Below, one piece after another: positions 31,063 to 45,573 of a DNA stretch of 64,000 bases. Within the stretch, counting starts at the first letter, position 1. Each line of letters starts with the position of its first letter. The notes under the pieces were generated by a model. It did not search any database and had not been told where the DNA came from. It saw only the letters and a program-made list of their open reading frames with translations. Where the stretch lies: contig OZ024755.1 in NCBI GenBank assembly GCA_964016885.1, forward strand, positions 39,308,001-39,372,000, given 5' to 3'. The stretch comes from Eledone cirrhosa. Its lineage: Eukaryota. Made by a program: the position numbers and the translations under genes.

Positions 31063-31310
31063 AATGATAGTGTTTAGAAGGCTCCATATTTTGGTAAGAG
31101 GTAATCTATAGCGAGGAATAAATGTTGCCAAATTCTCCAGAATATTATGCAGCTTCTAGTTTTGATATATTACATGTTGGTATTCTTCAGAAATGTCTCC
31201 ATTAGTGTTATGTGAGAATGGCTTTGGCAATTAACACTTCTATCATCGTTTCATATTACCACCTTCTTGGATATCAATATTCCCAAGTCAACATTACTCT
31301 ATCATCAACG

Positions 31311-31366
<56 letters not shown>

Positions 31367-31371
31367 GCACA

Positions 31372-31469
<98 letters not shown>

Positions 31470-31583
31470 TATATTTATATATATATATTTATATATATAA
31501 ATATATATTTATATATATATATATTTATATATATATATATATTCATATATATATATATATATATTTACATATATATATATATT

Positions 31584-31952
31584 TAAATGTAAGTATGTAT
31601 GTATACGTACATACATATATGTATACAGACGTACAGTAGCATGTATATATATATATACATACAGGCACACATATATATATGTACGTATCAGTTTACCGAA
31701 CATTTATTATAATGTTCGCTTTGTTCGTTTGTAAACAAACGGACAGCCTGATTTACGCCGTACAGTGTTCAGGCAACCACGTCACCTTTTTGTTCAACAC
31801 TGACACAGGAACGATGTACTAGTTTCAAGCTTGTTAGCTATCGTCAGCACCGTATACCTTTCTGCCAGATGGTTGAACGTTGGTACAAACGAACAAAGCG
31901 AACATTATAATAAATGTTCGGTAAACTGACACATACATATATATATGTGTGC

Positions 31953-32044
<92 letters not shown>

Positions 32045-32289
32045 GCTACTGTACGTCTGTATACATATATGTATGTACGTATACATACATACTTACATTT
32101 AAGTAAGTGCCGTACTAAGAGTGAGAAATGAAATTTCGTTTCATTCTATTCCATTTATCGTTTTCGGTGCGCCTGGCCGACTGAACTCACTCGATATGCA
32201 AATTAGGCTGCTCAGCCGTTAATTTTCATAAGGAAAGTATATACTTTCGAACGTTCAACCATCTGGCAGAAAGGTATACGGTGCTGACG
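31584..32289. mobile_element. Fold-back retrozyme-like element related to the 466-nt family
   Basis: Inverted arms and an intact minus-strand HHR at 31811-31853. The plus arm ends inside a second HHR core (GGTGCTGACG). Confidence 0.75.
31811..31853 (-). ncRNA. Type I HHR
   Basis: ACGGTG-CTGACGA-TAGC(TAACAA)GCTT-GAAA-CTAG-TA-CATCGT. Confidence 0.8.
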
Positions 32290-33240
32290 CTGCCCTTTTA
32301 CAGCAGGATCTGGATGCCATATACAAATGGGCGGAAGAAAACAACATGCAGTTTAATGCTGGCAAATTCCAAGCCCTACAATACAAACCTCCAAACAAAC
32401 CTGCAAACACAAATATAGTACAACACAACTACACAGGACCAGGAGGGACCGATATCCCCGTGTCAAAATCGATACGAGACCTGGGCATAGACATGAGCGA
32501 TGATGCATCTTTTTCTTCACACATCATGAAAGTGGCGACAATGTGCAGACGACTCGCTGGCTGCATCTTGAGGACATTCCGGACAAGAGATCGAGACACC
32601 ATGTTGACACTATGGAGGACATTTGTCCTAAGTCGCCTGGACTACTGCTCCCAGTTGTGGTCACCCCATAGTGTCAAACTAACCACGGAGCTTGAGGCAA
32701 TCCAGCGAAGCTTCACCAAGATGATTGCCAAGATGAGGGAGACAAGCTACTGGGAGAGGCTGAAGGAACTGAACCTCTACTCCTTGGAGCGAAGACGGGA
32801 GAGATACGCAGTGATATACATGTGGAAAATCCTGGAGGGACTAGCACCAAACTTTGGCATTGGGATCTGGACCAACTGTCGAACAGGACGTCACTGTGTG
32901 GTGCCAAAGGTCCCGTCTTCCACATCTAGAATAAGGAGCAGGTATTGCAATAGCCTGGGATTCAAGGGCCCTCAACTCTTCAACAAGCTGCCGAGGGATC
33001 TGAGAGATTTGCATGACGCGGAGGTGGGTGTCTTCAAGAAACATCTCGACACCTTGTTATCCAGGATCCCGGATGAGCCCACAGCAAGACACGAGGGAAA
33101 CCTAAGGGCAGCAGCAACAAACTCCCTCTTACACCAGTAGCCAACCTATACAGGCTGGAGATAAAATGTGTAACAACAAGGGCGGTGCCCCAGCATGGCC
33201 TCAGTCGGATGGCTGAAACAGGTAAAAGAGTAAAAGAGTG
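32285..33240 (+). mobile_element. CR1/L2-group LINE 3' end (RT C-terminus open to the stop at 33140, plus 3'UTR)
   Basis: LQQDLDAIYKWAEENNMQFN, RDLGI, ILRTF, SRLDYCSQLWSP, YWERLKELNLYSLERRRER. The 3' tail is GTAAAAGA repeated twice. Confidence 0.9.
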
Positions 33241-33292
33241 TATATATATATTTATATATATATATATATATATTTATATCTATATATATATT

Positions 33293-33370
<78 letters not shown>

Positions 33371-33374
33371 TATA

Positions 33375-33410
<36 letters not shown>

Positions 33411-33417
33411 TATATAT

Positions 33418-33481
<64 letters not shown>

Positions 33482-33494
33482 ATATATTTATATA

Positions 33495-34680
33495 ATTAAG
33501 TTAAAAATGTACATCTACATATGCATACTGAAATACTAGTATGCATATGAATACACACACGTATACATATGTAGAGGTACCAAGTCTTTCACTGGTTACT
33601 TTACTGTGAGTATCCAGCTATTCTGTATGTAAACACACAGACAAACCGGTTTTTAGAGTCATACTGGTTTTTGAGGAAACACCTTTCCTCTATTCTCCAG
33701 AAAGCCAGACAAGGAATATTGAACTAGTTTCGTTGTTGTTACAACTCATCAGCAATATTTACCTATCTACCGGCCTTTCTGGAGAATCGTAAAAGCACAT
33801 ATCGTTATATGCTTTTTCTATGAAAATTAGTAGTGGGCAGACTAATTTGCATAGAGTGTGAGTACGTACCGGTTCAACGGAGACGATAAAAACAAATAAC
33901 GAAACGAAATTAAATTTCGTTTCGTTTGTAACTCACTTTTTTATGACTGACGCTTAAACAATTAAGTTAAAAATGTACATCTACATATGCATACTGAAAT
34001 ACTAGTATGCATATGAATACACACACGTATACATATGTAGATGTACCAAGTCTTTCACTGGTTACTTTACTGTGAGTATCCAGCTATTCTGTATGTAAAC
34101 ACACAGACAAACCGGTTTTTAGAGTCATACTGGTTTTTGAGGAAACACCTTTCCTCTATTCTCCAGAAAGCCAGACAAGGAATATTGAACTAGTTTCGTT
34201 GTTGTTACAACTCATCAGCAATATTTACCTATCTACCGGCCTTTCTGGAGAATCGTAAAAGCACATATCGTTATATGCTTTTTCTATGAAAATAACGATA
34301 TGTGCTTTTACGATTCTTCAGAAAGGCCGGTAGATAGGTAAATATTGCTGATGAGTTGTAACAACAACGAAACTAGTTCAATATTCCTTGTCTGGCTTTC
34401 TGGAGAATAGAGGAAAGGTGTTTCCTCAAAAACCAGTATGACTCTAAAAACCGGTTTGTCTGTGTGTTTACATACAGAATAGCTGGATACTCACAGTAAA
34501 GTAACCAGTGAAAGACTTGGTACATCTACATATGTATACGTGTGTGTATTCATATGCATACTAGTATTTCAGTATGCATATGTAGATGTACATTTTTAAC
34601 TTAATTGTTTAAGCGTCAGTCATACAAAAGTGAGTTACAAACGAAACGAAATTTAATTTCGTTTCGTTATTTGTTTTTAT
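33495..34680. mobile_element. Non-coding tandem 466-nt HHR-bearing repeat (candidate retrozyme) with inverted arm
   Basis: Direct repeat 33495-33960 / 33961-about 34292, inverted arm about 34295-34680, three identical HHRs, and no ORF. Confidence 0.85.
34341..34385 (+). ncRNA. Type I HHR; identical minus-strand copies at 33715-33759 and 34181-34225
   Basis: AATATTG-CTGATGA-GTTGT(AACA)ACAAC-GAAA-CTAG-TT-CAATATT: 7-bp stem I, 5-bp stem II and palindromic stem III. Confidence 0.9.
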
Positions 34681-34683
34681 ATT

Positions 34684-34747
<64 letters not shown>

Positions 34748-34749
<2 letters not shown>

Positions 34750-36320
34750 ATACAATAACAGAGATAGTTTAAAGCTAAACTCTGACTGGTAACCATCTCA
34801 CTCAACAAACATTAGGTTATATTAAAATATAAACCCAATTTAAGTGTTTGGGGTGCTAACAATATGTATAATGTGGAAAAACCAGTTGTATTATTTTATG
34901 AGATATAATTAAAGTTAAAGTATATCTCTCTTTCCAAACAATTGTTTCATTATAAGTTTTCTACAAGTTTGGGAGAATGTTTCCAGTTTATGTAGAAGCC
35001 TAATATATATTCATGTAAGAATATATTTAGGTGGGCACTTATAAATCGTCGTTAAAGATATTTAATGCTTTGATATTTCTAGATTTCTTTTGACTATACT
35101 GATATAGTTGTATTTCCAAAATATATTCCTTTGGTATTTTAAATTTATATTGTTATAGTTATATTTCCAAGTTATAATCCTTTAGTAATATATTGATATT
35201 TGATTATCTCTATACAAATACCTGTGTGTGTATTAACATGCATATAAAAGTGTTATATGTTTTTTGTGTTTGTATATATGTCTGTATTTATACATGAGCG
35301 ATGCGGGAGGACGCACGCAAATATTTATTTATACATATGTATGTGTATATATGTGTATGTATATATCTATGTGTGGGTGAGAGGTATGTTGCAGATATGC
35401 ATAATATTAAATACATGAATGGTAATCGTATATATGAGGACATGAATATTAATCGTATATATTTATGTATATATACTGTGAACGTTTTATAACACAAGGA
35501 ATGTATAGCAGTGATTAAGAGAAATCATTTACGTTTTGTATGTCTATATTGTTGGCTTGAGTAAACATAATTTCTATTTTCAGGACGTGCGTATATGTAT
35601 ATATATAAATATACATATATATTTGTATGTCTTTGCATAAGATACTGATTTCTATAGCAAGGGTACTTTTTCAAAGATTTAACTCAGATTTTGGTATATT
35701 GATCTCAAGATTTTAAACTAAACATGTAGTCATTATTGAACAATGTTTAATTTCTCATATTATATATCTATGTCCCATTCATGAATATTGATATTTATAT
35801 TTTTATTATTCATTTCATATAAATTGTTAACTCAACTTAATATGACATGACGTAAAGTTTTCATTATCTTCCCCTCTCTCTGCATAGTATTTCTCTCTCT
35901 TAAGTTTGTCTATCTGTATGATGACTTGATATCTCTCTGTTGCTTTCCTTTGTTTTTCTTGTTTCTTCCTTTTTTCTTTCTTTTTCTGTTTCCTCCTATC
36001 TTTCTTTTCTCCATACATTTCTCTCTCTCTCTCCGATATTTCTCCAGGTTTTCTTTCTCTCTCTCCGTCTTTTTTCTCTGTCTCCGTCTTTTTTCTCTGT
36101 CTCCGTCTTTTTTCTTTCTCTCCGTCTTTTTTCTAATTGTGCTTAACACTATGACTTATTAAAATAATATATACAATACGTCAAAGCTATTTGTAAAACT
36201 GTTATATATTGTATTTTGTCTGATGAAGGCATACCATAATTTAATTTGGTATCCCTGAAATATGTATAATGAAATAAATATTGTTTTATAAATATAGTTT
36301 CCATTTATTAATATCGTATA
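34748..36320 (+). mobile_element. Family A PLE 3'UTR with HHR at 36213-36275
   Basis: 35280-36320 resembles the reverse complement of 1681-2930. The left end recurs at about 44147-44340. Confidence 0.7.
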
Positions 36321-36555
36321 AATATATATAAATATATAAAGTGAAGGCGTGTGGCCGAGTGGTTAGAGAACTGGATTCTCAATCGTGAGGTTGTGAGTTC
36401 GATTCTTGGACCGGGCAATGCGTTATGTCCTTGAGCAAGACACTTTATTTCACGTTGCTCGTTCTACCTGGAGTTGCGACTGATAGTATTAGCAATTGGA
36501 AAGACCAATGGAAACACTGTTTCCTCGGTCCGATTTGACGAAAGTCGATCGTTAG

Positions 36556-36654
<99 letters not shown>

Positions 36655-36754
36655 AATATATATAAATATATATATATATAAATATATATATATATACAAA
36701 TATATATATATATATATATATAAAAATATATATATATATATATATATATTAAAA

Positions 36755-37375
<621 letters not shown>

Positions 37376-37386
37376 ATATATATATA

Positions 37387-37840
37387 TACGATATTAATAA
37401 ATGGAAACTATATTTATAAAACCATATTTATTTCATTATACATATTTCAGGGATACCACATTAAATTATGGTATGCCTTCATCAGATCAAATACAATATA
37501 TAACAGTTTTACGAATAGCTTTGACGTACCCTTTTAAAATACAACCATTACTTTTGGAGGTGGTCTGGATATCCAGACAGCCTCCAAAAGTAATGGTCGT
37601 ATTTTAAAAGGGTACGTCAGAGCTATTTGTAAAACTGTTATATATTGTATTTTATCTGATGAAGGCATACCATAATTTAATGTGGTATCCCTGAAATATG
37701 TATAATGAAATAAATATGGTTTTATAAATATAGTTTCCATTTATTAATATCGTATATCTACTCCAAAAACTTGTCGAGTGCTTTATATTAGTTATAAAAA
37801 TATTTACTTGTTGTATCCCAACAACTTTAAATAGAACTTT

Positions 37841-37844
<4 letters not shown>
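37387..37844. mobile_element. Family A near-perfect palindrome (centre 37570/37571) with HHRs at 37430-37492 (-) and 37649-37711 (+) and an approximately 90-nt tail
   Basis: Mirror ORFs at 37401-37607 and 37534-37740, centre GGATATCC, and (TA)n flanks. Confidence 0.88.
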
Positions 37845-37929
<85 letters not shown>

Positions 37930-38630
37930 TTATATATATATTTATATATATATATGTATATTTATATATTTATTTAAATGAAGTAATTCCGTCGGAAAAG
38001 TCCAGGAAAAAAGAATGCTCTATGTAGGTAACAGAGCTTAATATCCACGTTCGGTACTCTTGTATTCTCTTTCTCCCTTATCTCCCCTCATATTTAAACC
38101 TTTTCCTGTGTAATTTTACCGCTCCTTTCCCCCCCTATTTTTTTGCCTTACCCTTCACATACCAACATTTTTTTATTTTTAGATATTAATTTTTATATAA
38201 TGGTTTTGTGTGTTTTTATATAATAGCCTCGAAAAGACTTGAGCTCTGCCGTAGGGGCAGGGTTCTTCCTATGTGTGTATATATATATATACGTTTTTGT
38301 ATGTGTGTTTGTATTTCTGTGGTTGGGGTTTTTTGTGTGTGTGTGTGTATGTATATATATTTATATGTGTTCTTGTGTGTATTTGTATATGTATATATGT
38401 ATAAGGGTGTATGTATGTGCATCATTTTAAATAGTGATTTGATGATTATTTTCATTGATCTTTTGCTCCATGAACTTGTTGAGTGCTCTAGGTCTGCTAT
38501 GGGCATTTATACCCTTTTCTAAATATATATATATTTTTATTTATTATTTGTCGTATACCAAAATTTTTTTTATATATAAAATATTTATTTTATAATATTT
38601 ATGTTCTTTCTCATATATATATATATATAT

Positions 38631-40922
38631 ATAATATAAGATCAAAAGATGGTTAAAGGAGTTCCATATATTTTATTATGCGCATTTCAAAAACAAACAT
38701 AATCAAGCAATAATATTTGTGTTTTCATCAGATAAAACAGGAGAACATGATATGAAGGCTAAAAAACGCTTGTGGATAGTGCAGTTTTAAATCAACATAT
38801 GAAAAGTGGTTTTAGATTGATGTGTGATATTGGGAAAAATATTTTATTTAGAGAGGGGGGGGAAAGGATGAAAAGGGAAGGAGATGAGAGGGAGAGATGG
38901 GTGATAGAGAGAAAGAGATAGTTTTTATAACTGAGAGGAGATATATTTTTTACATAGAGGGGTTGAAAACCGTTGGAAGATACTGTATAAATTAAAAATT
39001 TTGAAAATTAACGAAGGGAGGATATGTGCGAGGAAAAAATATTTTATTTATGGAGGGGGGGGAGGATGAAAAAAAGGGGGAGGAGATGAGAGTGAAGGTG
39101 GAGAGGGAGAGATGGGTGATAGAGAGAAAGAGATAGTTTTTATAACTGAGAAAAAGATATATTGTTTTAATATAGAGAGGTTGGGAACCGTTGGAAGATA
39201 ATGTATAAATTAAAGGAATTTGAAAATTAACGAAGGGAAATTATGTATGAAGATAGAGAGAAAAAAATAATAATTGTGGGTGAATATTCTAACGTCAAAA
39301 GAAGAAATGTATGTATTGTGGCAATCTCAAAATTAGCGAAGAGAAAAATTGTTAAGGTTTGTGTGTAGAAGGATTTGAGAAAAATAATGTGAAGTTAAAG
39401 TTTGTATATTGAATTGATAATATGTGCGAATAAAGAGTTAATATGTATTAATAATGAGTTCGTTGATGGGGAGAAAAAAAATAATAATAAATTAAGGATG
39501 AAATTGAGATTGAAAAGATTTATGATAGAGAGAAAAAATAATAATGATTGCGGATGAATATTCAAAATGTCAAAAACAAATGTTATTATTTTACGAGAAG
39601 ATAGAATGAGGGTAATGAGTAAACGAGTATTATAGAGTGTATAATGCCCTTTAAAGTAAGGTAGATGGGTATATTTTAAAGAGGTGTATGTATATGTGCC
39701 TTTGAGAAAAGATTCTAAATTGATAAAGAATTGAATATTAACTGTATACTTTGTGAAAAGTTCTATGGAATTTATGCAGGCAGATAGAAAACAAATCTGA
39801 GAGTCTATTTATTATAGAATCTAGGTTAGAGATAATGGTAAATTTTTCATTTAGGCAGAGATTACAGATTTTAGATAGAGAGCTGTTCAAGTATGAGGAT
39901 GCAGAAGAAATCTTCTTCCAAAAGATGGTATATTTAATGTTTTTGTCTTTTAAGGACCATATGAGTTCTGAGAGAGCAGTGTTAGTTCTTTTAAGTTTGT
40001 ATTTGAAAGATGAATGATGATTATAGAGACGAGCTTTAAAAGAGGTGGAAGTGGAGCCAAAATAGGTGAAGGAATTGGTGCTAGTTATAATTTTACATTC
40101 ATAAATTAAGTTTTTATCGAGGCAATGGTTGTTGAGAGGACATTTATTTTTAATGCGGCAGTTGCAATTAGAGAGATTATTAATGAGTGATCTAGTGTTA
40201 TCTATAGAAGGAATTGGATTGGAGAAGTTGTTTGCGATAGGAATAATAGGAATAATAGTTTCTTGATTTAGAGTTGGATTATGAACATTTAGCGAAGTTG
40301 TGTTTGACGTTGTATTTGGGTTTACAGAAGTTAGCCTAGGGTTTACAATGACGTCGGGAGTACTATTACTGTTATTATGAAATTCAATATTGGAAGGAAG
40401 AGATTTAGTATTTAATATTTTGTTGTTGTGTTTTCCTCGCACATATCCTCCCTTCGTTAATTTTCAAAATTTTTAATTTATACAGTATATTCCAACGGTT
40501 TTCAACCCCTCTATGTAAAAAATATATCTCCTCTCAGTTATAAAAACTATCTCTTTCTCTCTATCACCCATCTCTCCCTCTCATCTCCTTCCCTTTTCAT
40601 CCTCCCCCCCCCTCTCTAAATAAAATATTTTTCCCAATATCACACATCAATCTAAAACCACTTTTCATATGTTGATTTAAAACTGCACTATCCACAAGTG
40701 TTTTTTAGCCTTCATATCATGTTCTCCTGTTTTATCTGATGAAAACACAAATATTATTGCTTGATGATGTTTGTTTTTGAAATGCGCATAATAAAATATA
40801 TGGAACTCCTTTAACCATCTTTTGATCTTATATTATGCATACTCCAGTCACACAAACTGTAGAGTGCTTCTTATCCGATATCTGCATTGCTTTATTGTAC
40901 TACAATAAAACTCACCTCCTAC

Positions 40923-40923
<1 letters not shown>
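38631..40923 (-). mobile_element. 5'-truncated PLE (family B): inverted arms 38631-39037 and 40431-40836, tail 40837-40923, HHRs at 38671-38737 (-) and 40730-40796 (+)
   Basis: About 406-bp inverted repeat enclosing a GIY-YIG ORF, with (TA)n flanks. Confidence 0.9.
39738..40430 (-). pseudogene. PLE GIY-YIG endonuclease domain (Neptune-like CxC..CPL..C linker), 5'-truncated but open
   Basis: CNCRIKNKCPLNNHC, NLIYECKI, YFGSTSTSFKARLYNH, TALSELIWSLK, CNLCLNEK. Confidence 0.9.
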
Positions 40924-41000
<77 letters not shown>

Positions 41001-41124
41001 TACACATATATATATATATATATGTGTGTGTGTTTGTATTTGGTTGTGCGTGTTTGTCATATATACGTATTTGTATGTGTATAATTGTATGGCTATGTAT
41101 GCATGTGTGTGTATATATATATAT

Positions 41125-41264
<140 letters not shown>

Positions 41265-41711
41265 ATTTATATATGTATATGTGTGTGTGTATGTATTTGT
41301 GGTTACGTATGTATGTGTTTATGTATTTGTATATGTATATTTATGTGTGAGAGTGTGTATGTATTTATGTTTGCGTATGTATGTGTACGTGCATTTGTGT
41401 GTATTGCTTACCACGTGTGTTTTTTCATTTACTTGTTGCCTGTATCGCTGTCAACTTTATAATAGTCTTTATTTTTCTTTTTTGTATTTTATATTTTTTC
41501 TTATATTTATTTGCGTGTGTGAATATGTAGGGGTGTGTGTATATTTTTCTAATTTTGTATATGCATATGTATGCATGTATATATGTGTGTATGGATGTGT
41601 ATGTATGTGTATGTATGTACGTGTGTATATACGTATGATTGTGTGTATGTATGTATGTATGTATGTATATGTATGTGTGTATAGCTATGTATGTGTATGT
41701 GTATGCATATA

Positions 41712-41744
<33 letters not shown>

Positions 41745-41823
41745 ATATATATGTATTTATATATATATATATGTATGTATATATATATATATATATGTAT
41801 GTATATATATATATATATATATG

Positions 41824-41882
<59 letters not shown>

Positions 41883-41930
41883 ATATATATATATATGTAT
41901 GTATATATATATATATATGTATGTATATAT

Positions 41931-43550
41931 AATATATAAGAACAAAAGATGGTTAAAAGAGTTCCATGTATTTTATTATGCGCATTTCAAAAACAAATAT
42001 CATTATGCAATAATATTTTTGTTTTCATCAGATAAAACAGGAAGACATGATATGAAGGTTAAAAAACACTTGTGGATAGTGCAGTTTTAAATCAACATAT
42101 GAAAAGTAGTTTTAGATTGATGTGTGCTATTGGGAAAAATATTTTATTTTGAGGGGGCGGGGGGTTGGAAAGGATGAAAAAGACGAGGAGATGAGAGTAA
42201 AAAGTGGAGAGGGAGCAGTATAATGAGGAAGGAGGAGATAGGAGGACAGATGGGTGATAGAGAGAGAGAGATAGCTTTTATAACTGAGAAAGATATATTG
42301 TTTTACATAGAGAGGTTGAAAACCGTTGGAAGATAATGTATAAATTAAAAGAAAATTAACGAAGAGGAAAATAATGTAAAGTTAAGGTTTGTATATTGAA
42401 GGGTTTAATAATATGTGCGATGAAAAGAAAATGTTAATATGTATTAAGAATAATATTTAAGGGTTTAATAATATGTGCGATGGAAAGAAAAAGTTAATAT
42501 GTATTAAGAATAATATTTAAGGGTTTAATAATATGTGCGATGGAAACAAAATGTTGATATGTATTATTAAAAAGAACACCTGGTAATTTAAGTAAGGATA
42601 TATTGTGAGATGAGCATGAATAAGTTAGATGAAGGGGAGAAAAGATTAATGAATTGAGGATGAATAATCTAACGTCAAAAAAATGTTTATGTTTACGAAG
42701 GATTTTTACAAGGTGATATAGAGTAAGAATGTATTGTATTATGTAATAATTGTTTCTATGTTAGGCAACAGTGAGAAAAGGTACAGATTAGGGGTTAGAC
42801 ATTAAAAGAAAAAGAGAAGAAAGGGAAGTGATAAATAGGAGCGATATAGAATGAGTAACAAGTATTATAGAATGAGTAACAAGTATTATATAATGTATAA
42901 TAAAACTTTGAAATAAGGTAGAAAGATGGGTATATTTTTAAAGAAGTGTATATATATGTGCCTTTGAGAAAAAGATTCTAAATTGATAAAGTTTTGGATA
43001 TTAGCTGTATATTTTGTGGAATGTTTTGTGGAATTTATGCAATTCTTTTAATTTATACATTATCTTCCAACGGTTTTCAACCTCTCTATGTAAAACAATA
43101 TATCTTTCTGTTATAAAAGCTATCTCTCTCTCTCTCTATCACCCATCTCTCCTCCTAACTCATCCTTCCTCATTATACTCCTCCCTCTCCACTTTTTACT
43201 CTCATCTCCTCGTCTTTTTCATCCTTCCCCCCCCCCCCCCTCAAAATAAAAAATTTTCCCCAATATCACACATCAATCTAAAACTACTTTTCATATGTTG
43301 ATTTAAAACTGCACTATCCACAAGTGTTTTTAACCTTCATATCATGTCTTCCTGTTTTATCTGATGAAAACACAAATATTATTGCATGATGATATTTGTT
43401 TTTGAAATGCGCATAATAAAATACATGGAACTCTTTTAACCATCTTTTGTTCTTATATATTATGTATACTCCAGTCCTACAAACTGTAGAGTGCTTCTTA
43501 TCCGATATCTGCATTGCTTTATTGTACTACAATAAAACTCACCTCCTACA
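41931..43550 (-). mobile_element. Family B PLE remnant: arms about 41931-42353 and 43043-43462, tail to 43550, HHRs at 41971-42037 (-) and 43355-43421 (+)
   Basis: The spacer holds the last codons LHKFHKTFHKIYS* (43001-43042, minus strand), matching the end of the 39738 ORF. Confidence 0.88.
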
Positions 43551-43724
43551 TATATATATATATATATGTGTGTATATATATGTGTGTGGTTGTATATATG
43601 TATGTGTATGTATGGATATGTTGATATTTATGTGTGTATGTATGTATGTATGTGTATGTGTATGTGTATGTATATATATACACATATATATGTGTATATG
43701 TGTGTTTGTATGTATGTGTGTATG

Positions 43725-43759
<35 letters not shown>

Positions 43760-44017
43760 ATATAATTGTGTGTATGTATATAATTGTGTGTGTGTGTGTG
43801 TTTGCATGTGTGTTTTTATTTTATTTTTCCTTTCATTCTTCCTTCTCCAGCCTCACTTTCATATAGACTGCATTTTTGTTTTTAGAATCCAATATCAATA
43901 AATACACCAGGATTTTTTCATTCTGATGATTGAAAGCAAAATTTTTTGCTTTTAAGAAACCACTGGTAAATGGAATAATTGCCTTATGTTGTTTATTAAA
44001 TAACTATATATATATAG

Positions 44018-44055
<38 letters not shown>

Positions 44056-44714
44056 TTATATATATATATATATACATACATTTATATATATATATATACA
44101 TACATTTATATATTTATACATATATATATACATATATATATATATTTAATACAATAACAGAGAAAGCTTTAAGCTAAACTCTGACTGGTAACCATCTCAC
44201 TCAACAAACATTAGGGTATACGTTAGTATAATCCTAATTTTGTGTTTGGGGTGCTAACTATATGTATTTTGTGGAAAGCCAGTTGTATTATTTTATATGA
44301 GATATAATTAAAATTAAAATATATCTCTCTTTCCAAACATCTCCATGTAAAACAATATATCTTTCTGTACAATATATCAATATATCCGATCTGTACAATG
44401 CCATGAACCACTCACTATATATATATATATATATACACACATTTATATATATATATGTATGTATATACATTTATATATATGTATATATACATACATTTAT
44501 ATATATATATGTATGTATATATATATGTATGTGTGTGTGTATATATATATATACATACATTTATATATATATATATGTATGTATATATATATATATACAT
44601 ATATATATAAATGTATATACATATATATATATAATTGGAGGCTTAGTAAAATCGAATCCTTGGCGGCGTGCAAGCAAATTCGACCTACGATATGAATGAG
44701 TTAGCAAAGCACTC

Positions 44715-45460
44715 GACAAGGCCAGCAATTACCCAGTGCATTACTGGTTCTTTATTTTATCGAGGGTAGGTCCTTAGAGTAATAACTGTTTCTACTTTTG
44801 GCACAAGGCCAGCAATTACCCAGTGCATTACTGGTTCTTTATTTTATCGAGGGTAGGTCCTTAGAGTAATAACTGTTTCTACTTTTGGCACAAGGCCAGC
44901 AATTACCCAGTGCATTACTGGTTCTTTATTTTATCGAGGGTAGGTCCTTAGAGTAATAACTGTTTCTACTTTTGGCACAAGGCCAGCAATTACCCAGTGC
45001 ATTACTGGTTCTTTATTTTATCGAGGGTAGGTCCTTAGAGTAATAACTGTTTCTACTTTTGGCACAAGGCCAGCAATTACCCAGTGCATTACTGGTTCTT
45101 TATTTTATCGAGGGTAGGTCCTTAGAGTAATAACTGTTTCTACTTTTGGCACAAGGCCAGCAATTACCCAGTGCATTACTGGTTCTTTATTTTATCGAGG
45201 GTAGGTCCTTAGAGTAATAACTGTTTCTACTTTTGGCACAAGGCCAGCAATTACCCAGTGCATTACTGGTTCTTTATTTTATCGAGGGTAGGTCCTTAGA
45301 GTAATAACTGTTTCTACTTTTGGCACAAGGCCAGCAATTACCCAGTGCATTACTGGTTCTTTATTTTATCGAGGGTAGGTCCTTAGAGTAATAACTGTTT
45401 CTACGTCAGGCACAAGGCCAGCAATTACCCAGTGCATTATTGGTTCTTTATTTTATCGAC
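44715..45460 (-). repeat. 87-bp tandem array (8 full units plus one) made from a SINE 3' region
   Basis: CACAAGGCC recurs at 44802, 44889, 44976, 45063, 45150, 45237, 45324 and 45411. The array is continuous with the adjacent SINE. Confidence 0.95.
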
Positions 45461-45573
45461 CCCGTAAGGATGAAAGGCAAAGACAACCTCACCGGCATTT
45501 GAACTCAGAATTGCAAGGACCGTAACTCTATACGTCAAAGCATGGCGTCCGACCCTCTACCAATACTGCCAAT

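Noticed and set aside
37401-37740. Recurrent short [19 protein letters not shown]
   Set aside because: It is the antisense reading of the family A HHR/pLTR end, and recurrence reflects repeat copies.
44715-45460. CRISPR-like appearance of this array and of the arrays at 6911 and 21585
   Set aside because: No unique spacers, no cas genes and a eukaryotic context. These are plain tandem repeats.
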